NCBI GenBank assembly: GCA_977017575.1
Contig: CDRNVI010000024.1
Location: 248,001-312,000, forward strand
Direction: 5' to 3'
Length of the DNA: 64,000 nucleotides
Source of the DNA: Paramoeba atlantica
Taxonomy: Eukaryota > Protista > Discosea
The notes under the pieces were generated by a model that was given only the letters and a program-made list of their open reading frames with translations, had not been told where the DNA came from and ran no database searches. This document shows positions 38,337 to 49,752 of the stretch, in pieces; the stretch's first letter is position 1, and each line of letters opens with the position of its first letter. The position numbers were made by a program, and so were the translations under genes.

Positions 38337-40318
38337 GAGGGTTGAAACCTATGAAAGGCAAAAGCTGGCAAAACCCGCATATTCCTCATTGAGGTGGCGA
38401 AGATAGTACTTTGTCAAAATTAGTGAAGAACATACTTGGTCTTCATCGTGCGCTGCAAAACATTTTTTGCGCCACAAAAAATGAAAATTGTGAAAAAAAT
38501 ATTTTTCTAAATAAACCCCCAGAAAGGGTAGCCGAGGTCTTGGCGCACATTTTCCACCCGCGTACTCGGGGACGACTCCCCCTGGTATCAACAGGACGGG
38601 GCCGCCAAGTTCGGTTTTTTCTGAAAAGAAAATTGAAAAAGTCAACTTGGTGAAAAACTTGGCTTAAAAAACAGTTTTTCAAAATCATATCACTTGTAGT
38701 AGTTTGAGAGTTTGAGACTTATACAGTCAGCAAAAAAACTTATATATAGTCAGCAAAAAAACCGTTCGAATGTTTCGTTTTTATTTCTTTTGTATAGAGC
38801 TATTGATTAAATATCACCGTTGCGCTGGTAATGTGTGCTAGTAGTGTAGGCATGAGTGTCACCTAATAGTACCCGTAGATAGCTCACCTCAGTTCGTTCT
38901 ACCAAAGAAATAAGAATGAATATAAAAAAGTTTAGCATTCGAAAGGTTTTTTTGCTACCTATTATAGAGAAAATCTTGTCCCAAAAAATAGATGAAACGT
39001 AATCGCCCAAGAGAGATTATGCCCCTAAAATTAGTATTTAGTATTCCCCCCACGAGCCTTCAGCACTGCCTTCATACGGGCAGGCATACTGTCCACCTGG
39101 GCACACATACTGAGGGTGGTATGTTCGCCCATTCCATTTTTACCCTCTCCCACAACTCTCGGACCCCGCTTGGTGGATCATCGTGCGCTGCAAGGCGCCG
39201 CTTGAGTTCCCCCCAAACGTTTTCGATTGGATTTAAGTCAGGGGACTGCGGGGGCCACCGCATGACTTCAAACCCGGTACCCCGGAGGTGCCGTTGCGCA
39301 CAATGGCTTGTGTGCTTGGGGTCATTATCTTGTTGGAAGATGACCATTGGGGGGTCTAGACCCATAGTTTCGATGGAGGGGGCAAGATTCTCTTCAAGAA
39401 TCTCGACGTACTGTGTGGCGTTCAGGTTCCCTTGAACTAGACGCACATGCCCCACACCGCTTCGGGACATGCACGCCCAAATCATGATGTGCCCCCCTCC
39501 GTACTTTACCGTGGGAATTACCCCTTTTTCACCCAGTTCCTCCCCCGGGGTCCCCCATGTCCAAAGAATTCCCCCCGTTTCAAAGCGCGAGATCTTCGTC
39601 TCGTCCGACCATACAACTGGAGCCCAGTCGTGCACTGTCCAGTGCTCATGGGCCGTGGCAAAGTCCATCCGAAGCTTGCGATGGCGCTTGGACAGGTAGG
39701 GCTTGCGGACACGCTTTCTACCTTTGTGTCCGAAGCGGTGCATCGAAACTCGGATAGACTGAGGAACAACATCAGCAACGCCCTTGCGGCGCAGCTGAGA
39801 TGATACCTCTCGCGCAGAATTTCCGGAGAACACAAGTCGTCGCACACGGCGTGTGCACGGCTCGGAAAGCTTTCGAGGGCGTCCACCCTGCATCCTGAGA
39901 GTATCAGGCCTTTCTTTCTTTAATATCATAGAAATTGTTGAGATACTTAAATTTACAGTATCAGAGATGGACCTCATAGACACACCGCTGTCGTAGAGCT
40001 CTGCAATTTGTTTCCTTACGTAACGTGGTGTGGGCCTCATATAGAGTGCAAAATGTAACAGTGTAAGATAAACAATGTAATAGTGTAAGATAAACTCTAT
40101 AACCTAAAATTCTTCTTACCTAAAATTCTTATTTTCTATGAGGCCCACACCACGCTGAGTTCTGGCGGATGACTCAGTGTACTAGCTTTCTACGACGTTG
40201 TTTTCACAAGATACCCCTTCTTGAAGCCGTGACACGTCTCCCAAAATGACGCCCCCAAAAGTAGGTGTCCTGGCAAAACCTGGCAAAACCCGGCAAAAAT
40301 TAACAGGTTTCAACCCTC
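38337..40318. mobile_element. Element with 14-bp TIRs (GAGGGTTGAAACCT) and TTA TSD, PIF/Harbinger/Tourist-like, enclosing a Tc1 transposase
   Basis: TTA|GAGGGTTGAAACCT at 38334-38350 and AGGTTTCAACCCTC|TTA at 40305-40321. Confidence 0.6.
39031..40040 (-). mobile_element. Tc1-type DD34E transposase with one frameshift near the C-terminus
   Basis: WSDETK, QQDNDPKH-(34)-SPDLNPIENVW. After a shift near 39100 it reads VDSMPARMKAVLKARGGNTKY*. A Tc1-like end TA|CAGTCAGCAAAAAAA lies at 38722. Confidence 0.9.
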
Positions 40319-40449
40319 TTAATTGTCACCGCTTTTTGGAGAAAAGGGGCAAATAACTAGGGGGGTTGGATGTGTGACGAAAAACTAGGGGGGGGCGTTC
40401 GGTAGATGACAAATAACTAGGGGGTTGGTGTCGTTGGGCGCGATCAAAA

Positions 40450-40830
40450 TATAAACATTTTGGGTGCAGACAAAATACTTTCTTTGGACCAGTTTTCTGA
40501 ATAATACCCTCGTTTCCTCTTGTACATTCGAAAAATAGAGAGCCTAACTGCGCAGTCCCTTTCAAAACTTTGTGTATTCAATCCTTCTGCGACGTACGAA
40601 GAGTGACTCATTTCCCTTGTGTGGTATACCTGGTGGGTATACCTTGAGACTTCCCCTTGAGGACCACTGGGTGTGGCTCTGCCTCGTCTTATCGCGAGGC
40701 AGCGGTCGGTTGCAGTGCGCCCGTCCGGCTCCATAAAGAGAGGCGAGTTGCCTGGACCTCTCTACCGACAGAGTCCATGGGACAAAAAGCCGTGGGACGA
40801 GGGATGTATGTTACTGTAAGTGTTGCGGGC
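40450..40830 (-). pseudogene. pogo-like transposase remnant
   Basis: CLAI..HPVVLKGK across frameshifts; shares 53 bp with 18653-18705. Confidence 0.4.
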
Positions 40831-41155
40831 CAGAAGAACATACCCCCCGGTATGTTATCCAATGTATAGGTATGTTAACCGGGAATGTGGTTTATTATAG
40901 AAAAAATAATAGGAAAAATATTCTGCAATATTTGGGTTCGAGACCCGATCCTCGACGCTACTCTAGAAGGGGGCATCTTTTTTGCAAATGTTTATTCTTC
41001 GAAATTCAGCCCAGGGAAGTAATAGACTGTTGCTGCGACGATTTTCCGCTCATCCAAGGAGAGGCTTTAATGTGCTATGGGATCACACGTCCGCTTCTGG
41101 TGAGGTTCAATAGTTCCGGAGTAGCCCCCATATCCGACAAATACCACCCTCCATA

Positions 41156-42733
41156 CAGTGATGGGCAACGATATGTACCCCCCCCTACAGGTCTTGTATT
41201 TTGTCCGGTTTTGGAGATATTTGGTGTACCACCGTTTTTCGACCCAATCGTTCCGAATCCGAGGTCCTTTTCACTCGTGGAAAGCTGGTTCATATCGAAA
41301 CCTCGAAAAAATGAGGAAAAAAACATGATTTTTCCAGAACACCCATATTGGGTCATTTTTTTTCTTTTTTTCGCTTTTAGATGACGAAACGACATCGTCC
41401 CGCGTGTCTTCCTTCACAACGCGTACGTCGTGAGATGCGCACGGCTTTAATAGTCGATTATCAGCGTCTAAAGACATACAAAGCGGTCGCTAGGCTACAT
41501 AAACTTAGCCCACGGACGGTAAGATACTGGGTTACCCACTTTGAAAACAGAGGTCACGTCGAAACCCCTCCGAGAAAAAGTAGAAACCCTAAGCTTACCA
41601 TTAGATACCGTAAAGCTTGCGTTGCTACATGCAAGCTAATAGAAAAAGACACTGATGAGGGGTGTCCTACCTTTACGGAGATACACCGACAGGTGTCTCA
41701 ATCTCACAGTGTATCTTTGAGAACCATGCGACGAGCCCTTTTTCTAGAGGGCCATGGACGCCTGCGCAAGGCTAAAAACCTTGGTCTTACTCGACGCCAC
41801 ATCCAACTGCGTCTTGAATATGTAAACAACATGCTCATGTGGAGCGACGCCGATTACCTGAACATTGTTTTTACGGATGAAAAATTATTCAATTGCGCCG
41901 TGAGTTCAACGAACGACTTTTACGTCGGTCGCATAAAAGCTCCACGCCTAAGGCAATCTGACCGCCGCAGAAAGCCTTTCGGTGGAAAGGGTATCATGGT
42001 GTGGATGGGCTATAGTTATAACTATGGCCTCTTCTACCATGTGTACAATGGTGCAGGTGGTGCATCAATTGACGCTGCAGCCATCTTGGGGGCGTACGAG
42101 GAGAGTGGTTTCGTTAATTTTTTTCGCACTCATCGTCGTGCCATCCTTCAAATGGATAATGCCCCTACCCACTCTACCGTAAAGAAAAAGTATGAAAGAC
42201 GCCGTCTAGACTTCCCCCCGTTATCACCCGATCTTAACCGGTCGAAACCGTGTGGGCGAATATGGATCGGTACATTAAGGACGTTTTGAAACCTAGAAAT
42301 CAAACCCAACTCAGGGAATCAATCCGAGAAACTTTTTCTTTCTTCCAACGTGATTCAGAAAAATTGCTCAAAAATATTTTTAGAAACTATCGAAAGCGTC
42401 TTTTGGCTGTTAAGAAGGCGAAGGGTCACTTAACGAAATACTAACGATCAACTTCCTGTTTGTTTCCATCCGTTATACGTGGTATTCAAGTCTCAATTTT
42501 ACGAAAAATATCCAAAAAATTATCTCAAAATTCGTGTTCACGTACATTTTGGCCCCTACCTGGCTAGGGGGGGTAGGGGGTCGCTCGAGTGAAAAGGACC
42601 TCGGATTCGGAACGATTGGGTCGAAAAACGGTGGTATACCAAATATCTCCAAAATCGGACAAAATACAAGACCTGTAGGGGGGAGGTACATATCGCTGCC
42701 CTAACGGGTACATATCGTTGCCCTAACGGGGTG
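41156..42733 (+). mobile_element. Tc1/mariner element with ~115-bp TIRs; transposase 41381-42444 with a 1-bp deletion
   Basis: TA|CAGTG left end. Inverted repeats 41163-41277 and 42586-42701. FTDEK, QMDNAPTH, SPDLN(P)VETVW and AKGHLTKY*. Confidence 0.9.
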
Positions 42734-42754
42734 TATTTTTACAACTGCAAATGA

Positions 42755-43459
42755 TCATGTTGTGAATAATTCGATATTACTGATTACGATTGGCAGCTCA
42801 GCAATCGCCACTCTAGGCACGTAGCCCTCGTTGCGTGGAGAAATTACGCTCAGCAGCACAACCGAAGTATTTATCGGCTGAAGACCTGTAAATTCGAGCA
42901 TATTCGTCACGTGTTCGCTCTGTTGATCAACAGAATCTCTCTTCCATATCAGGCCTATTTCCCCGAAGTCACGACAAAATTTTAACTGCTGAGATACAGA
43001 AAAATTATGCACTACACCGCATATTGCAGCATACTCTTTTCTACGCTCAGCTACTCCGGAGAGCAATGGTACCATCTTTTCTCCGTTCCGTGTGTAGAAA
43101 ACATTTTCAAACGAATTATGGACGGAAAGACACATCTCTGTTTCAAACGCGCTCAGAAGCAGAGATAGAAAAGGATCCTTGATTATATTTAGGTGTTTCA
43201 GCTTTTCTGAAAAAACTTCGACGAATGTTTCTGGAAATGCCGATGAATACGAATTTGGCAAGGAATTTGAATTCATTGTTATTAATGCACGTATTATTAG
43301 AATATGAAATCTTAAATTGTGAGCAAAGAAGAAATAAAATCTACTTTGCTCTAATATGGCTTTATCCTCACAATGCTTTTTACATGTTGTACATGTATTG
43401 CTGTACTCCACAAAATAGGTCCAAAGGAGGGATTCAACTGGAAGATACTTCAATGACAT
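42755..43459 (-). CDS. Hypothetical protein
   Basis: 234-aa ATG ORF in the polycistron orientation; no family recognised. Confidence 0.5.
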   Translation of the reverse strand: MSLKYLPVESLLWTYFVEYSNTCTTCKKHCEDKAILEQSRFYFFFAHNLRFHILIIRALITMNSNSLPNSYSSAFPETFVEVFSEKLKHLNIIKDPFLSLLLSAFETEMCLSVHNSFENVFYTRNGEKMVPLLSGVAERRKEYAAICGVVHNFSVSQQLKFCRDFGEIGLIWKRDSVDQQSEHVTNMLEFTGLQPINTSVVLLSVISPRNEGYVPRVAIAELPIVISNIELFTT

Positions 43460-43504
43460 CCGTACATGATCTTCGCGACGCGGACGTTATAGTTGCTCCG
43501 GTCA

Positions 43505-44638
43505 TTAGCCATCCGCGGAGCAATTCCGCGAATCCGTTCTGACTAGCTTCGTCGGAACGAATTTTAACGGAGAACAATTGTCTGTCCTGCAAAACTTCTG
43601 AAACACATCATTTGACAGATTATTTCCGTTTATATGGATTATCGTTCCTTTTTCTAGCATTTGTAGTTTCTTCATCTTCGCTGCAAGCTTATACCCCATT
43701 GGATCAGTCATTCCTATGCAACTAAGGTCCAATATACGCAAATGAGAAAAGAAATGCAGATTCGGTACCATGATTTCAAGCATACTTTGATCGCCAAGAT
43801 CGTTTCCTCCAAGGTCAAGAGAGCGCAAGGAATAGCACTGATACACCCCTTTTGCAAGAACGGTCATGCCTGATACTTGAATACGATTTACACTCAGGTT
43901 TAATTCAGAAAGTTGGCATGCGGGTGAACCCAAATATGCAGCAAGGGATACGCAAGCGTCATTTCCAAAGTGGCAGTCACCCAAACTAAGTAGGCGCAGC
44001 GGCGTTGATTGACGTGACAAGCATTCACAAAGTATTCGTACGCCTTCATTACCAATCGGATTGTAGTCTAGAGTGAGCTCTTCGATAGTTTGCGGAATGC
44101 TTCTTAAAATTTTCGACAAAGATACGAGACCTTTCGCGGTTATAAAATTTGTAACAAGGTTAAGACTCACCAGATTAGGGAGTATGTTTTCCTCGAGGAC
44201 CAAGAGTCCTTCGTCGCCAATCATATTTTCGTTCAGAGACAACTTTTGAAGAGATTTGCGGCAGTGTTGCGCTAGCATAGAAAATAAAATACGAGCTCCC
44301 CTAGGTAATAACTTATTATCACGTATATCGAGCTCTCGCAAATTTGGAAGTAAAGCCAACCATTGGGGGAGTATATCTCGCGCTTGATCCGGACCCCATC
44401 GATTTCCCCCAATGTCAAGAACTAAAACATTCTCCATCAACTTACGTCTGTCTCCAAGCAAGTTTACGTGGGTCGAACAGTGTTCAGGTTGCATGCAACT
44501 TGTATAGCTCAGACACAACGATATAGGCTGTCCGCTTAGAGTCTTTTCGTATTCATCGCAGTCAAAGGTGGAAGGATCTGACGATAAAAAAGACTCACCT
44601 ATTTCTAACATCGGCGACAGTTGCAGGTTTTGCGTCAT
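43505..44638 (-). CDS. Leucine-rich repeat protein (RNase-inhibitor-like LRR)
   Basis: Repeated LxxLxLxxNxIGxxG units. Confidence 0.85.
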   Translation of the reverse strand: MTQNLQLSPMLEIGESFLSSDPSTFDCDEYEKTLSGQPISLCLSYTSCMQPEHCSTHVNLLGDRRKLMENVLVLDIGGNRWGPDQARDILPQWLALLPNLRELDIRDNKLLPRGARILFSMLAQHCRKSLQKLSLNENMIGDEGLLVLEENILPNLVSLNLVTNFITAKGLVSLSKILRSIPQTIEELTLDYNPIGNEGVRILCECLSRQSTPLRLLSLGDCHFGNDACVSLAAYLGSPACQLSELNLSVNRIQVSGMTVLAKGVYQCYSLRSLDLGGNDLGDQSMLEIMVPNLHFFSHLRILDLSCIGMTDPMGYKLAAKMKKLQMLEKGTIIHINGNNLSNDVFQKFCRTDNCSPLKFVPTKLVRTDSRNCSADG

Positions 44639-45042
44639 GCATATACATGTATGGGTAAACTTAGTGAATCGTTGTGCAAGATATCAGGACAATATAATCA
44701 CTCATTTTAGTGTCCGCGTTCGAGACTAATATTACTCAAAGTGTCATGTAATGTAAAAAGGCAGCGCATCTGCATCCTACGAATAAGTCTTCCTGCTATG
44801 TGACGTTCATTTCTGAACCACTTTCCATATCATGCTACTTGCCAAATTTCATTGTGTATTGAAAATAGTCATGGCATTGCAATGGTCTGTCATGAGCCTT
44901 CACAACGAATCACAAACAACAAAATTCTAACTCAGTGTACATTTTGCAAATATTTTTCACTTTTAACCGTCTCAAAGTGCGATTGAACATACTTGTGAAA
45001 AAACAAATATCATGCTTTTGTTGTATCCAGCGGCACTTTCCA

Positions 45043-46530
45043 TTACGCAAAGAAGAGGTCGATCTCGCGCAGCATGATTTGAAGCTCATAGGCAAACGTG
45101 GACAGCGGTCCATCCTCTCCAATCATCGGCGGAAGGTTTCCAATCCACCGAAACGGGTTCACCAGACTGAGCTTCACCCGCTCCTCAAAGCCATCCCCAA
45201 ACCTCTCCTCCTTCACCCGTATCGCGGCCACAAACTGCGCATACATCCGGCTCGTACAAACATACGATATGAAATTCGGATCCTCCATGGCCTGCCGCTT
45301 CATCTCCGCCGCACTCATACCAAAAATCTTACTCGCGTGCTCATCAAACACCGTAACCCAGTTTTGACTTGTCCCATCACTAATCATCAGCGCCACCAAA
45401 TACCGTGGCTCCGAGACACTGTACGTCTTGTCACACTTCTCACACCGCAGTGCCGTCTCCATCCCCACCGGAATCAGCTTCTTGTGACACGTCGGGCACG
45501 CGTCGTACATTAAGCTATCCGCCTTAATGTGCGTAATCGTGGCCCGCACGTGGATGTAGTCCGGTTTCTCCCCCCTCCCCAGCCCCAGCCGGGGGATCTC
45601 CTCGAGCGTGTTGCGGTACTGCACCGGCCCACGCGAGCTCGAGGTGCCGTCGGAGAGCGACAGGTTGGGGACCTGGATGACACCGTCACAGCTGCGGAAC
45701 CACTGCCGGAGGGTCTGGATGTGGGACTCCGGGGGGGAGCGCTCGAGGGTGGAGCTGTGGCCGAGGGAGAGGGTGAGCTCCCCGTTGAACTCCGAGAGCC
45801 GGGCGGACTTGATCCCGATGACCGCACCGACGGGGAGATCCCAGTTGGTGGCGAGAATGTCCCAGACGACGACGTCGATTTGAGCGGTCTGGTCCGCCAG
45901 GGAGATGTTGCGTTTGATCAGGGATTGGCCGATTTTGGTGGTAATGGTTTGGGGGTTTTGAATCGCGGTGATGAGACCGATGACGTCAAGGGTGCTGCCT
46001 TTTTCTTTGCCTTTCAAGGAGCCGATGGGGACGAAGTTGAACACTTTGAGGGGGAGAACCTTGTTGAGTGCATCTGACGCACGGACGGAGGTGATTTCAG
46101 TGTCTTTGTCAAAGGAGAGCTCGTACTCACAATTGACTGCGGAAAATTTTTTGTTTGCTGTCTTAATTTGACCTTTCGAAAAGGTGTACACATTGCCCTC
46201 CACCAGGGTTTCGTAAAACTTGTCCACACCCTCTTGAAACACTGTCGCACGTATCGGCCCACTTTGGTCGACTAGGGTCATGGAGAAGAGCTTTCCCTGG
46301 CTGCGGGCATTGGACCACGTTCGGACAGGGGACTTATCTGTGACACGAGCTTTGATGACCCATCGGCCGCCAATGTAGGGAGAAAGTGATTCAATGGGTT
46401 GTATGTTCATGCTGTCTCCACCTGACGCGGTGGGATTCACACCAGCCTTTTTATTGGGGCAGTTGATGGGAGTGTGACCTGTTTGGCGACAGAACATACA
46501 CGTACCCGCGGATGAGCCCTGGTACTGCAT
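45043..46530 (-). CDS. RPA1: Replication protein A large subunit lacking RPA70N, with an N-terminal CCHC zinc knuckle
   Basis: IQPIESLSPY..WVIKARVTDKSPVRTWSNARSQGKLFSM, DBD-B, and DBD-C with CPTC..CEKC. N-terminal CMFCRQTGHTPINC. Confidence 0.93.
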   Translation of the reverse strand: MQYQGSSAGTCMFCRQTGHTPINCPNKKAGVNPTASGGDSMNIQPIESLSPYIGGRWVIKARVTDKSPVRTWSNARSQGKLFSMTLVDQSGPIRATVFQEGVDKFYETLVEGNVYTFSKGQIKTANKKFSAVNCEYELSFDKDTEITSVRASDALNKVLPLKVFNFVPIGSLKGKEKGSTLDVIGLITAIQNPQTITTKIGQSLIKRNISLADQTAQIDVVVWDILATNWDLPVGAVIGIKSARLSEFNGELTLSLGHSSTLERSPPESHIQTLRQWFRSCDGVIQVPNLSLSDGTSSSRGPVQYRNTLEEIPRLGLGRGEKPDYIHVRATITHIKADSLMYDACPTCHKKLIPVGMETALRCEKCDKTYSVSEPRYLVALMISDGTSQNWVTVFDEHASKIFGMSAAEMKRQAMEDPNFISYVCTSRMYAQFVAAIRVKEERFGDGFEERVKLSLVNPFRWIGNLPPMIGEDGPLSTFAYELQIMLREIDLFFA

Positions 46531-46914
46531 GTTGCGAGGAATCTAAATGTGTAAAGATAAGACTACAATCAAAAAAAAGCTTTTTCGTAATATGAAAATG
46601 TATTCGTAGTTGTACTGGTGTTTCACAATAAATGAATCGTGAATAAACGGGTAATCACTATAAATCATACCAAACATAAAACAATGGTCTGCGACTAATT
46701 AATAATGAAAACGTTGAAAGTAAATAATGAAAACTTTGAAACGTAAACAATGTAAACATTGAATTACAAGGATATGGCAAGACATAGATATGCAAGTAAA
46801 AAATAGTTGCTAATTGGAATCCAAGCAAGAGATAGTGATCGATTTTTGAACTGAATAACATAATTATTGCACGAGCAAATACCCTCCACTTCGAAAGCGG
46901 GTGTCCATCTGGTA

Positions 46915-49488
46915 TTAAAAATACTTCGCTCTGATGCTCCTCAGAGCATCGAAAATTATACTGCTTTCATGATTTCCATTAAGTACACCATGGATTTCCT
47001 GCAACACTTCCCGTTGTACTGTTTCTGGTCTTCCTTTCATAGAATCGCATGATTGAGGAATGTTAGAGGATGCTTGTTCCCCACGGAGATCACGCTCTTC
47101 TTTCTGTGTTAGAAGAGTTCTGGCTTCGGTAAGAACCTCTTCTGGAAAGCCTAGCGTGGCTGCCAGATCAAGTCCATAGTGTGATTTTGGGCATGATCCA
47201 TCGACGAGTACATGAGTAAACCGTAATCCATTTGGGGTTGCATGTACAACGAAGTGTTGTACTTGTACTTGATAATACAAATTGGCGAGTGATACGAGCT
47301 CGGTGTAATGTGTAGTCATAAGTGATAAAACTCGCTGTTCTGCAAGATAGGATGCAATAGCGAACGCTATGGCACCACCGTCGTGATGGTTCGTACTGCG
47401 CCCCACTTCATCAATAAGCACTAAACTAGATTGTGTGCTGCACTGCAGGATATGTGCAATCTCTATCATTTCTTGCGCAAATGTGCTTGCATCGTTTTCA
47501 ATACTATCATCACACCCCATGCGGGAGCAAATCCTGTCTGAATTCGGAATAACTGCCTCTTCCGCGGGTAACATGCTTCCAATACAAGCGAGAACACAGA
47601 GCTGCCCTGCTTGCTGCAAGTAACATGTCTTTCCTGACATGTTCGCTCCGCAAATTAATGAAAATGATTTGTCGGCCAAAGACAAATTCACATCGTTGTA
47701 TTGCACCTCTCTTCTGTTCATGGCGCCTATATGGGATACCATTGTGGGAGATTTTCCTTTGCGAATTCGAAGCTCTTGTTTTTCAAATTGGGGACGGCAT
47801 ACAAGGATCCCCCAACCAACAGCAGCTTGAGCGAGTGAACAAAGAAAGTCGAGAAGTGAAAGAGCGTCTATCACTTTAAAAAGTATGGAGCTGTTTGCTC
47901 GTATTTCCTTGCTTATGTCTTCAGCAATCAAATCTGCAGCATTCACTATTTTCCGTGTAAGATTGTCACTGTACAGATTGTGCGACATCATCTCTCTCGT
48001 AGTACATGATATTCTTTTCTTCCTTCTGTGCTGTCGAAGAAAAACGTGATCTGGCACTCTTGCGGCATCTAAAACTTCCAAAGACCAATGAAAACCATCA
48101 TTTTGAGCGTGCGCTACTCGTAGGCTTGGTATTGAATACTTTTCCTGTAAACGAGAGCACTCTTCAAGCATGCGAGTCATCACTACAGAAAATTCACGCC
48201 GTGCGTCATCCAATTCAGGATTCAAATTTTCACGTAAACAGAAGTAATTTTGAGCGCATCGAAACGTGCCGGATCCTTCCTCAGAGAACACGTTGTCCGT
48301 TTCAGATAATGTAGGTTCAAAAAAGTCGTCAAGTTTTTGGGAAAATTCTCGTAGATGTGTTGAATCGCAGGCTTGTCGTATATTGCTTAAAAGCTCATTC
48401 GCATCTACAGCACTAAGTAAGACTTTGCTAACCCGTTCTACAAGCATCATCGACTTTCGAATTGCGTTGGTCCTGCCAAGTTTCTGTGATGTATACTTCC
48501 GGTCTGTATTCGTTGGTTGTAAAGTAAAGAACGCAACAAGGCGATCGAGATCTTGCACATTATTCAGAATCGATACGACCTCGTTTCGCACAGCCTGTGT
48601 GTGCATCAAATATTGCACCGCTCCGGTGCGCAGCTCTAAGGTTCGAATGTCTACTATAGGTTGAACAATCGACGCATACAAAAATCTCCTGCCCATCTGT
48701 GTTCTTGTGTGATCGATAGCATCCGCAAGACATATCTCATCGGGATCTACCGCAAGCTCATTGCTTTGCGAAAAGTTCTGCTTAGAGCGCGGACCAACGG
48801 AACGATTGCTAGTCGAAGTTTCTGCAATATTCGTGCGACGTTGGGGTAATAACTGCAGAGCTTGCATTGTGCTGCGACTAAGCTCCATGTATTTCTCACG
48901 CCGATGATACTCAACACGCAACGTACCCGGAATAAATCGTATCTTGTGTAGCTCCGTAAGATAGCGCAACACAGCGGCTAGTGAAGCAAGGCACAAATAT
49001 TTGTCCTTTGCATCGATATACACAGAGCTCTCAGGGGAGAGATAACACAGACCGTCCGAGTCGCTAAATAACTTTCTAGCCACGGCAACAAATTCGACAT
49101 CATGAAACCACACTCTCAAAGTGGTCAAGAAAGAACTCTCCACGCATGTCGAAGGTATAAGAATTTCTTGCACGGAGCATGCAGACAGCTGTTGCAGAGT
49201 TCCTGAGAATGAGGAGTCGTCCAGCATCTGTGTGATGACAAAATGCATAGTGCGTGTGTAGCATTTCGCCAAGCCTACTTCTCGTGCACGATTATAAATG
49301 AGTCCCACAACGCACGGGTCTTCGTTAATGTGTTTTTGAATTTCTACCAGTGGGGTGATCACGGAGGCATGTGTTCGCGGAGATGTAAGCAGTCCACTTT
49401 CATCAAGAACAGTTTTAATGCCGAAGTTCGTCGTATCCGAACGCGAGGAAGAAACGTTTCGATCTGAAAATATTGGATCATAGCCCAT
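46915..49488 (-). CDS. MSH4: MutS homologue, most like meiotic MSH4
   Basis: GANMSGKT, DDSIENDASTFAQEM, LIDEVGRST, TTHYTEL; no MutS-I mismatch domain. First ATG at 49488. Confidence 0.75.
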   Translation of the reverse strand: MGYDPIFSDRNVSSSRSDTTNFGIKTVLDESGLLTSPRTHASVITPLVEIQKHINEDPCVVGLIYNRAREVGLAKCYTRTMHFVITQMLDDSSFSGTLQQLSACSVQEILIPSTCVESSFLTTLRVWFHDVEFVAVARKLFSDSDGLCYLSPESSVYIDAKDKYLCLASLAAVLRYLTELHKIRFIPGTLRVEYHRREKYMELSRSTMQALQLLPQRRTNIAETSTSNRSVGPRSKQNFSQSNELAVDPDEICLADAIDHTRTQMGRRFLYASIVQPIVDIRTLELRTGAVQYLMHTQAVRNEVVSILNNVQDLDRLVAFFTLQPTNTDRKYTSQKLGRTNAIRKSMMLVERVSKVLLSAVDANELLSNIRQACDSTHLREFSQKLDDFFEPTLSETDNVFSEEGSGTFRCAQNYFCLRENLNPELDDARREFSVVMTRMLEECSRLQEKYSIPSLRVAHAQNDGFHWSLEVLDAARVPDHVFLRQHRRKKRISCTTREMMSHNLYSDNLTRKIVNAADLIAEDISKEIRANSSILFKVIDALSLLDFLCSLAQAAVGWGILVCRPQFEKQELRIRKGKSPTMVSHIGAMNRREVQYNDVNLSLADKSFSLICGANMSGKTCYLQQAGQLCVLACIGSMLPAEEAVIPNSDRICSRMGCDDSIENDASTFAQEMIEIAHILQCSTQSSLVLIDEVGRSTNHHDGGAIAFAIASYLAEQRVLSLMTTHYTELVSLANLYYQVQVQHFVVHATPNGLRFTHVLVDGSCPKSHYGLDLAATLGFPEEVLTEARTLLTQKEERDLRGEQASSNIPQSCDSMKGRPETVQREVLQEIHGVLNGNHESSIIFDALRSIRAKYF

Positions 49489-49752
49489 TTCACAATTTTC
49501 CACGGAAATGAATAACTAAAGAATAACTAAATGACACTATACCAATGACAAAGGCACACAAGATCGTCCATAATCCTTTCGATGACTGTATTATCCCCAT
49601 TTATGGCATTTTACAAAGACTCATCATTTTTTTCTCAGAAATATAAGAATATCGGTTTTACTGCGATACGTAGTGCACGTCTTTACTGTAAAGAGAAAAT
49701 CAATTTTTTGAAGCGGGAGATTCTTTTTGCTGACCTATTGGTTAGAATTGGT

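Noticed and set aside
38278-40861. Direct repeat TACCCCCC(CC)GGT(G/A)TGTTATC at about 38279 and 40843 as LTRs or TSD
   Set aside because: Only about 20 bp with no LTR hallmarks; more likely two same-orientation ends of a common small transposon family.
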